Virus record (IMG/VR): IMGVR_UViG_3300035675_000006 | Origin: an uncultured virus (IMG/VR IMGVR_UViG_3300035675_000006) | Taxonomy: Duplodnaviria > Heunggongvirae > Uroviricota > Caudoviricetes | DNA: 20,000 bases | Strand: one strand, 5' to 3' | Shown: in pieces, positions 8,700-15,389 of the stretch | Layout of the letters: each line of letters begins with the position of its first letter | How positions within the stretch are numbered: the stretch's first letter is position 1 | Notes under the pieces: model-generated | Told to the model about the DNA's origin: nothing | Databases searched by the model: none | The model's input: only the letters and a program-made list of their open reading frames with translations | Made by a program: the position numbers and the translations under genes

Positions 8700-8925
8700 C
8701 AAGTACGCGCTCACTATGTCCTTTCAAGGCCTGGATGTCGTGTGCGTTAACAAGATGCTCCCTGAGCCGGCATGTCCTCTTGACTGCCTGAGATCCCATC
8801 CTGATACAACAGAATTTTCATATACGTACTGCATATATCTAACAGCCTGTTCGCGGATAGACCTGATAGATCTGGCTGAGTGCCTGGGCAATCAGATCAG
8901 GAGCAAACCATGTTCGAAGTCCTGA
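8686..8925 (+). CDS. Cys-rich array paralog (CSRIDLIDLAECLGNQIRSK)
   Basis: Family motif; GTG 8686 follows AAAGGA. Confidence 0.78.
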   Translation: MSPSDKYALTMSFQGLDVVCVNKMLPEPACPLDCLRSHPDTTEFSYTYCIYLTACSRIDLIDLAECLGNQIRSKPCSKS

Positions 8926-9146
8926 TACGCCATAACCGTTACGGCATCATGTACACGCAGTGTTCTCAGCCGTGCTGCGAAAAGTCTGAAGACATGGTCC
9001 TGGCCTGCGTCAGTATGTACCTTAACGACAAGAAAGAAGTGGGTGTGTGCAGAGCAGTGAACTACGAGGCTCTGGTGAGTCTCGCCGAGTTCCTGCGCGG
9101 GCAGGTCAGGAACACGTCAGGGACTAGTCATGTTCCAGAAATCTAA
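8910..9146 (+). CDS. Cys-rich array paralog (EALVSLAEFLRG)
   Basis: Family motif; ATG 8910 follows CAGGAG. Confidence 0.8.
   Translation: MFEVLIRHNRYGIMYTQCSQPCCEKSEDMVLACVSMYLNDKKEVGVCRAVNYEALVSLAEFLRGQVRNTSGTSHVPEI
9105..9130. promoter_or_regulatory. 11-bp-phased GTCAGG motif, copy B
   Basis: gtcaggaacac gtcagggacta gtca. Confidence 0.5.
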
Positions 9147-9363
9147 ATACGCGCATCTCTCGGAGGGCCTCTTCGTGACAACCTACAGCATGGACTGCGC
9201 CATCAAGGGCAAGCAGTGCTACGCGACCGTGTGCATGTGGTACATGCGCGGCATTCCCCAGCTGTGCTATCACCTGCAGGAGAGCCCCGAGGGCCTGCTC
9301 GAGCTTGCCGAGTTCCTTCGCAATAACTGCACTTATCCGAGGGACAAGTCATGTTCAAAGTAG
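9130..9363 (+). CDS. Cys-rich array paralog (HLQESPEGLLELAEFLRNNC)
   Basis: Family motif. Confidence 0.8.
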   Translation: MFQKSKYAHLSEGLFVTTYSMDCAIKGKQCYATVCMWYMRGIPQLCYHLQESPEGLLELAEFLRNNCTYPRDKSCSK

Positions 9364-9551
9364 TCGCGTACGCTCCAGACCTGCGCGTGTCATATGTGTC
9401 ATGCGAGCATCACGACAAGTGTGCGTTTCATAACTTCTGCCTGTGCAGGAGCGCGTTCGAACCTCCACAGCCATGCAAGCACCTGCAGTTCAGGCCAGAG
9501 CTGCTTCTCGAGATTGCTGAGTACTTGAAGAATAACTGCAGATACCCGTAG
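9351..9551 (+). CDS. Cys-rich array paralog, last member (HLQFRPELLLEIAEYLKNNC)
   Basis: Family motif; C-terminus closely matches the preceding gene. Confidence 0.8.
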   Translation: MFKVVAYAPDLRVSYVSCEHHDKCAFHNFCLCRSAFEPPQPCKHLQFRPELLLEIAEYLKNNCRYP

Positions 9552-9570
9552 TGAACACAGGAGAACAACC

Positions 9571-10227
9571 GTGGCCGAAAAGAAAGACCATGAACGCATC
9601 ACCCGGGACATGACACTCAACGTGACGCAGTCCGCTCCTCCCGCGGGGACGACGCTGCTCACCGTCATGGACAACCGGGAAAGCCTAAGACATAATCTGT
9701 CCGAGCTTGAACCCAACGTCCCTGGAAAAATAGACGTCGATTACCACGTGCGCCCGGTCCTGGCGATACGCATGCGCACCGTGCGGACGTACAGCAAAGT
9801 CATTTACCCGAACGAGATGGGTGCCTTCACGCCGAGAGCCAGGACAGAATCATGGACCACTCACAAAGAATACATGGACAACCACTGGTCAGTTCTTTTC
9901 GGAAACAACGAGTCGATTCTCATAAGTTTCCTGGTGCCCTCGATCATGTATGTCGACGAACCTTACAGCTGGTCGGAACTCACCGAGGAAATACCCAACT
10001 ACTGCGAGAATGAGGACGCGCCGGATTACATGTCTTTCAGTACGAACGTCATGCTGAGTTCACCGGACACATGTATCGTCAAGGCACAGCTGAAGAAGAT
10101 CATGAAGCAGATACGTCCTGAAGGATACGCAGGCGACATCTGGTTCATAGACAAGGAGACGGGCGAAGAAACGCGTTTTATGCCTGACCCGAAAACCGTT
10201 CAGAAACAGCCAGAGAGCACGCCATGA
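9571..10227 (+). CDS. Hypothetical protein, 218 aa
   Basis: CAGGAG SD before GTG; ATGA overlap with the next gene. Confidence 0.8.
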   Translation: MAEKKDHERITRDMTLNVTQSAPPAGTTLLTVMDNRESLRHNLSELEPNVPGKIDVDYHVRPVLAIRMRTVRTYSKVIYPNEMGAFTPRARTESWTTHKEYMDNHWSVLFGNNESILISFLVPSIMYVDEPYSWSELTEEIPNYCENEDAPDYMSFSTNVMLSSPDTCIVKAQLKKIMKQIRPEGYAGDIWFIDKETGEETRFMPDPKTVQKQPESTP

Positions 10228-10967
10228 GATTGCTCATAGACAGCCCAGAGCTGGACAAGAAATACCGGAACGTTATACGAGCGTGCGTAACAGCGCTAAT
10301 AAGTAAGCACAAAACAGCCTACAGGGTTAGTCTGAAAACCGGGCTGAATCAAGGGACTATCTCGCACATACTGCATGATCGTCGGGAGTACAGCGTCGGA
10401 CATGTGCTAAATAAATTGGCAGCCGAACTGGTTAGGACTGGGATCTGGTATAACTCGAGCCTTAATACTAGCCTGTCAGAGATAGCTAGATTATATTCTA
10501 AAGCGTCTCAGGCATGCGTGCGATATGTCCGCGCGAGTGATACCTGTGAAGGACCAGATAATGCTAAAACTGTATTGCTTGAGCAAAATCTAGTCATGTG
10601 GGTCAAGCCTTGGTTATATAATAAGAAATCTATACAGAGCTTGCGAGAATTATATAAATCAAGACGCGTGATAGGCATTTCGTTTCATAACTATTTAGCT
10701 AAAGGCGACAGATTAACTCTTGATCCTGACAGGTACTTGTCCGGAGAAATAGAATCCTGGCAAGATAAACGCTGCCGTGTCGTGATCCCGAAAGGGACTA
10801 TCGTGAAACACTACACGCACAAGACCAAGATGTGGCACCACGTTAGGATAGTACAGGCTACACGGCGCCGCATGCACTGGCAGGGACAAGTGTTCGTAGG
10901 AAAGCTACAAAACCCGACAGTGCTTGGGTTTCCGGCTAGCTTTGTGTCAGAGTACGGCTATGTCTAG
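10224..10967 (+). CDS. Putative DNA-binding protein with N-terminal Cro/XRE-like HTH, 247 aa, basic
   Basis: TAYRVSLKTGLNQGTISHILHDRR fits the HTH pattern. The rest is unrecognised. Confidence 0.6.
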   Translation: MRLLIDSPELDKKYRNVIRACVTALISKHKTAYRVSLKTGLNQGTISHILHDRREYSVGHVLNKLAAELVRTGIWYNSSLNTSLSEIARLYSKASQACVRYVRASDTCEGPDNAKTVLLEQNLVMWVKPWLYNKKSIQSLRELYKSRRVIGISFHNYLAKGDRLTLDPDRYLSGEIESWQDKRCRVVIPKGTIVKHYTHKTKMWHHVRIVQATRRRMHWQGQVFVGKLQNPTVLGFPASFVSEYGYV

Positions 10968-12090
10968 TCAGGAACTAGTCAGGGACCTGTCCTATCCCCC
11001 ATAAGAGATATCAGTCATTTTGTAAAAGCTCCAGGATGTGTCAGATGACTGATAGGAGCCCGTCAGGAACATGTCCCTTAAGCCACTTGAATCATAAGTG
11101 GCTTTTTTTAGCTGTCACACTGCTGTCACGGACGATTGACGAAGTTATTGGACTTACAAGATTTAGGTCAAACAAGTCCTAAGTATGGCGTGACAGTATA
11201 AGTCCTTACTGTGTAAGGGTTGATTTTTAAATCTTACGACGTGCACGCATTGTACGTCTGCCACCAGTGCCTCTAGAATTGGAGAGAGATAAAAGAGAGA
11301 GTGTTGAGAGTTACCTACGATGTGCAATGACGCATAACGACGGACGCGTCACGATCATAAGCACGCGGCGGCTCAGAGAGATAATGTTATATAGTTATGA
11401 CTCAGAAATCATAAGTGCTTAATGGCGGCTCTATGTAAATGATATTGACTTATGTAATCTACCTAACTCCCATACAATATAAGGGTTTATGACTATTGAC
11501 CGTTTTGAAGGGTCGCGCACGGGACAGGTATCTGACAGGCGTGACAGTGTGACACACGAACTAAACAGATACACATCAAGTACTTACAGTGTCATGCTAT
11601 TTAGATCAAGGCCTGATCAGGACTTATAACAAAAACGCTTATAGCGCTAAATATAAATATATAGAGTATATATACTTATATAAATAATAATAAGCGTGAC
11701 TAGCGTCGAGTTCTACTTGTCTCAGTCATATTTTGCAACGTTCGCATTGTGCACGTCTTTATGCGTCTCTGACACGCCATTTTGCGGTTATGACTGGCAC
11801 TTGAGGTGTCTCGCACGGAAATCTGTCAGGAACCCATTACGTGCCTGACAGGGACTAGTCACTGTACGCCAAAAAAGGGGGGTAGACGCATCGTTCCATG
11901 TCACAGAGTTCTCAAAGTTCGTACCGCCAAGCCCGACCTCCGTGCCTGCCTACCATATTTTTTTCCTGTATTTTTCAGATTCCAGGCCCTATTGGAGTTG
12001 CAAAATGCAACATGTAAAAAACAGGCCCTGGAACGGGCACAATATTATGTTGATAAGTGTGTTAGTTTTTTGGCACGCTTATTAACACAT
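10968..12090. other. Long non-coding region with an AT-rich core and repeated motifs (origin- or genome-terminus-like)
   Basis: No track ORF over 10968-11805; AT-rich run at ~11640-11695; phased G(T/A)CAGG units; repeated GTGACAG/CTGTCAC, TCATAAG and TTATGACT. Confidence 0.5.
11079..11109 (+). terminator. Intrinsic terminator-like hairpin ending the left operon
   Basis: aagccactt-gaatcat-aagtggctt followed by a T run. Confidence 0.55.
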
Positions 12091-12092
12091 GT

Positions 12093-12260
12093 TGTAAGCC
12101 GCCGGGTGAGTACACGGCCCTATTCCCTAAAGGGTGATATTTGGGACGCTAACTGGATCGACAGACCAGTTGTCATGCCCCCAGGCATACGGTTACATCG
12201 GTCTCGAATCGAAATTCGAGCGGGGGTCACACAAAGGTATCCGCATAGGGCGGATATCTA
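12093..12260 (+). ncRNA. Putative structured leader/ncRNA
   Basis: Closing stem tgtaagccg/cggttaca encloses the hairpins gccg/cggc, aactgg/ccagtt and atgcc/ggcat; then ctcgaat/attcgag and tatccgc/gcggata. Confidence 0.35.
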
Positions 12261-12292
12261 GAGAAACGGCAATCACATAAAGGAGAATTGCC

Positions 12293-12841
12293 ATGTTAGA
12301 CCAGAACTTCGTGTACCGGCTTCTCATGGGCAGACTTTGGGTGTCTCCAATCACTTGGAATGTCACTGACACCTCAGGTGAACATGTTGGTGACAGTTTC
12401 CTGACCAGTAACATCATTTGTCTTTGGGAAGACTGGACCCGCCGCGGCAGAGATGCAAACAGGTTCTCGAAGAACGGCTGTACTGTCGGATACATAATCC
12501 GGCGGCACAAAGAAGCCGCGCCGATCGGAAACAAGTTCGTATCAACTTCCAAGTTTGTCCTGCGCTTCGTCAGGAAGTCCGGGAGAGACTTGGCGTATAT
12601 CTACTATTCTCCTCTCCAGAAAGAGAAGTATTTCCCCGGAACGTTCGGGGACAATAACCAGGATCCGTACTTCCTGGTCGGCGTCTATGAGTTCCTGGAG
12701 AATTCCCAGGTAGTTCAGATCAGGCATCTCCCGGTAACAGTTATACCGGAGAACGAGTTCCAGGACTGGGAATCTGAAAAGATCCGGCGCCAGTTCGAAG
12801 ACGAACCCGAGACAGCCGAGATCGACAATCCGGTTCAATAA
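12293..12841 (+). CDS. Hypothetical protein, 182 aa
   Basis: AAAGGAG SD; long ORF. Confidence 0.8.
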   Translation: MLDQNFVYRLLMGRLWVSPITWNVTDTSGEHVGDSFLTSNIICLWEDWTRRGRDANRFSKNGCTVGYIIRRHKEAAPIGNKFVSTSKFVLRFVRKSGRDLAYIYYSPLQKEKYFPGTFGDNNQDPYFLVGVYEFLENSQVVQIRHLPVTVIPENEFQDWESEKIRRQFEDEPETAEIDNPVQ

Positions 12842-12849
12842 GGTCCAAT

Positions 12850-13180
12850 CGGCGAGAGGGAGTTTAACCCTCTCCTAAACTCGCCGTGAGCGCCCGTATT
12901 GTGCGGGCGCTTTTTAGTTTAAGGCCTGCACAGGATCCTGCAGGCTGGAGCGCTTCTCTCTCAGAGGGGGGAGCGCTTTTTACCTTAGCGCGAGTGAGTC
13001 CGCCAGGCCCTGTTCCGGGTGGCAGCTTGGAACAGTTATCTGGCCGGTCCCTGCCAGGATCGTTGGGAAAGCCCACGCCTCGCGCGGTTTACTGGAGAGG
13101 CGACAGCACGTCGTCTCGTGTAGGCAAGTCTGCAGCCAAAGGTGCATAAGGCCTCTTGCCGGGTCTCCAGTATTTTTTAT
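12850..13180 (+). ncRNA. Cluster of structured RNA elements / terminator-like hairpins
   Basis: Six consecutive stem-loops, including 12888-12915 and 12949-12981 (with T tails) and multibranch elements at 12988-13085 and 13090-13172. Confidence 0.55.
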
Positions 13181-13203
13181 TTCTCCTGGAAAGGAGTGAG
13201 TTC

Positions 13204-13521
13204 ATGCCAGGTCTCGGACTGGTTCTTGTCCAGGTCCAGACGTGTTCCTGTTGCGAGCAGTACATTGATTTCCAGGGTCCGCAGGATAAGACCCCAATCA
13301 AGCTTTTCGGATGTGTGCTTTATTCGGTGTGCCCGAACTGCGGGCAGCAGGTCGAAGATACGGACGATCCTGTGTACCGTTGCAAGTTCTGGAAAAGTCT
13401 CATCCGGAACCAGCAACGTGCTCTGAAGAAAGAGACGGACCCGGGTCTTCTTAGGAAGCTGCGCATTTCTCTAAAGAGCGCGCAGCGCAACTTGGCAGCA
13501 TTGGAAAAGGAGCGTGCTTAG
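13204..13521 (+). CDS. Zn-ribbon protein (CSCC...CPNC) with a C-terminal helix
   Basis: ATG 13204 follows AAGGAG. Confidence 0.75.
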   Translation: MPGLGLVLVQVQTCSCCEQYIDFQGPQDKTPIKLFGCVLYSVCPNCGQQVEDTDDPVYRCKFWKSLIRNQQRALKKETDPGLLRKLRISLKSAQRNLAALEKERA

Positions 13522-13530
13522 GTGGAAAGA

Positions 13531-13659
13531 ATGTTCGAAGTGATCGAGTCCAAGACCGGCAAAGTCATCGCGACAAAGTCTGGCTCGAAGAACCAGATCC
13601 GCAAGTGGGTCGCCAAGTCCATGAAGGTCGGGACTTGGAAGCTCAAGGAACTCAAGTAG
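13531..13659 (+). CDS. Small Lys-rich protein, 42 aa
   Basis: Manual translation MFEVIESKTGKVIATKSGSKNQIRKWVAKSMKVGTWKLKELK; AGGTGG SD; strong codon bias. Confidence 0.65.
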   Translation: MFEVIESKTGKVIATKSGSKNQIRKWVAKSMKVGTWKLKELK

Positions 13660-13664
13660 TTCCT

Positions 13665-13750
13665 GACAGGTCCCCGACCAGTGCCGAACGCAATCGCTCC
13701 AAGAGCGCGCACTGTTGTTTCGGGGACCTGTCTCTTTTCTTTTTCTTTTT
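13665..13750 (+). ncRNA. Long hairpin element with U tail (terminator or processing site)
   Basis: Perfect 13-bp stem gacaggtccccga/tcggggacctgtc, inner cagtgc/gcactg, and a long T-rich tail. Confidence 0.55.
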
Positions 13751-13765
13751 GCTCAGGAGAAAAAC

Positions 13766-14137
13766 GTGGCTACTAAGAAACAGATGGCCAACAAGAAGTG
13801 GGTCGAGAACAGATCCCAACAAGGCTTGGCTTGTCTCGTGCTCTGGGTTCAGATGTGCTGGTTGGAGCAGGAAATCAAGAAGATGCGTGATAAAGCCGGC
13901 AAACAGAAGATCAGCAGCATGCAGGGAGCGTTCTTCTTCGGTCGCGCGGACGGCTTGATGGCTGCTCACAAGCAGATCGATCGGGAGTTCAAGGCGTTCA
14001 ACAGGAAAAACATGCATGCCTGGATAGTCAGGATGCATGCTCAGCTGATTGGCAGGCTTGCCAAGGCCAAACCCAGGAAAAAACTCGTGCCTCTGCGCAG
14101 GATCAAGGCACATGACATTGGCAGCGGCTGCCCATAG
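13766..14137 (+). CDS. Basic hypothetical protein, 123 aa
   Basis: GTG 13766 follows CAGGAG. Confidence 0.75.
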   Translation: MATKKQMANKKWVENRSQQGLACLVLWVQMCWLEQEIKKMRDKAGKQKISSMQGAFFFGRADGLMAAHKQIDREFKAFNRKNMHAWIVRMHAQLIGRLAKAKPRKKLVPLRRIKAHDIGSGCP

Positions 14138-14154
14138 CAGCCAGAAAGGCAAAC

Positions 14155-14244
14155 ATGTCAGATGCACCGTGGTACCTCTGGTTAATGGTCGGGGGATTCG
14201 TCTGTTACGTCCTGCTTTTGTACAAGTACCGCGTTGGCAGGTAG
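14155..14244 (+). CDS. Putative 29-aa single-pass membrane peptide
   Basis: Manual translation MSDAPWYLWLMVGGFVCYVLLLYKYRVGR; GAAAGG SD. Confidence 0.5.
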   Translation: MSDAPWYLWLMVGGFVCYVLLLYKYRVGR

Positions 14245-14250
14245 AAATAA

Positions 14251-14393
14251 AGACAGGTCCCTGACACGCTTCTCACGTCTTTCCCCCGGGAGCGTGGTAG
14301 AAGCCCGTCAAACCTGTCTCCTAGATACCGGTCACGTGGCAGGGACTGAGAAACTGCCCTTGGTCCAACCGATTAGCTGCTGCGTGACCGGTA
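14251..14393 (+). ncRNA. Two tandem structured elements; the second is CCGGTCACG-family copy 1
   Basis: agacaggt/acctgtct long hairpin (14251-14319); 17-bp stem 14326-14342/14377-14393 with two G-U pairs. Confidence 0.55.
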
Positions 14394-14415
14394 CTTTTAA
14401 GTTAGGAGGAAATTC

Positions 14416-15387
14416 ATGACTTGGCATGTGCCGTTTGTTAATCTGACAAGAGCTGAGTTCAAACATCTGTCTTTTGAAGATAGATTTCGCAAGGTAATAG
14501 ATATCCATATTTCAGATGGCGCATCAGGTGAGCTTTTAGGCGTAATATCTGAAGGGATGGCATACGAGTACTTGTATTTGAAGCTGGGAAGACCTTCTTT
14601 TTATGTTCCACAGCATCTATGCGATTTGTTTTTGCGGTCTAGATATAACGTGCTGATAGGGAGTCTGCGGCTTCCGTATGACTGTTTCATGTTGGTTTTT
14701 CCCACCAGTTGTGTTTTGAAGAGCGGTAAAAAACTTAACCAGATATTGGTATGTTGGGCACGTTCAAAAATGTCTTTAGATATGATACGCTCTTTTGGAA
14801 TGGTCGGGAATGATTATCAACGAGTAGATTGTTCGACTTTTGGCAATAGACCTGGAATAGTCATATACCCGCGAGTTGAAGGCAGGTGTGTCGGGACACA
14901 CTATCTTCCTGCGGGAGCCATGTCCTGTAACAGAGCTCCTTGGGGGGATGACGGCATACCTAAAAATTACAAGGTCGCAGTAGATATAACTTCTGAAGAA
15001 CAGGATCAGATCGTAGATCTCGCGGTAGCTGCTCTTTGCAGATATACGACTCGTTCTGAGACAGTTCGTAAGTACACTCTTCCGAGATCTGAACGGTATT
15101 CTCATAAGGGTGATAGCGACAAAAAACGAATCTACACGTTCATGGATCCGAAGATTGTTATTACAGGCAAAATTCCCCGGCAAGCAGATGAGGAACCTGC
15201 ATATACTGTGAGGCCTCATGTCCGCGGCTTCGTGTACGCTACGCTTCGGCATCCCCGGTGGTACGTCAGAAATCCCCTGAAGCCTGGAGAGCTGGAACGT
15301 ATCCAGGAACGCGAGCCGACCATCATTCATCCCGAGGCGTTTGAAGAGGAGATGCGGAGACAGATTTCAGAAGATGATTTCAAGTGA
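14416..15387 (+). CDS. Hypothetical phage-type protein, 323 aa, with C-terminal VRPHVRG...HPRW motif
   Basis: AGGAGG SD; long ORF; basic PHxR motif. Confidence 0.85.
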   Translation: MTWHVPFVNLTRAEFKHLSFEDRFRKVIDIHISDGASGELLGVISEGMAYEYLYLKLGRPSFYVPQHLCDLFLRSRYNVLIGSLRLPYDCFMLVFPTSCVLKSGKKLNQILVCWARSKMSLDMIRSFGMVGNDYQRVDCSTFGNRPGIVIYPRVEGRCVGTHYLPAGAMSCNRAPWGDDGIPKNYKVAVDITSEEQDQIVDLAVAALCRYTTRSETVRKYTLPRSERYSHKGDSDKKRIYTFMDPKIVITGKIPRQADEEPAYTVRPHVRGFVYATLRHPRWYVRNPLKPGELERIQEREPTIIHPEAFEEEMRRQISEDDFK

Positions 15388-15389
15388 AT

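Larger units (their letters stand above)
3..9551 (+). repeat. Tandem array of ~32 paralogous small Cys-rich genes with a conserved C-terminal 'DLIELAEFLxN'-like motif
   Basis: The motif recurs near the C-terminus of nearly every ORF in the interval. A DNA echo (GACCTGATAGANCTGGCNGAG-like) is visible at 4231, 4909, 8420 and 8860. Confidence 0.9.

Noticed and set aside
1560..9363. Conserved terminal Cys in tails such as KSCNSK, KPCSKS and KSCSK
   Set aside because: It is an artefact of the next gene's cATG(t/c) start read in another frame.
3..9551. CRISPR array or integron cassette array
   Set aside because: The recurring DNA is degenerate at synonymous positions and lies within coding frames. 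There are no identical repeats, attC palindromes, cas genes or integrase.
3..9551. Diversity-generating retroelement
   Set aside because: No reverse transcriptase and no TR/VR pair differing only at adenines is visible in the window.
3..9551. RiPP/bacteriocin precursors or c-type cytochromes
   Set aside because: No leader peptides, modification enzymes or transporters. CxxCH is not a shared feature and there are no signal peptides.
12071..12087. Sigma-54 promoter TGGCACG
   Set aside because: The -12 element reads TTAA rather than TTGC.
11806..12261. 151-aa track ORF
   Set aside because: It overlaps the repeat motifs, homopolymer runs and hairpins, and has no protein-like features; probably spurious.
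12864..13426. Track ORFs across the 12.85-13.2 kb hairpin cluster (likewise 15384-16189)
   Set aside because: No SD and low-information translations; better explained as structured non-coding sequence.
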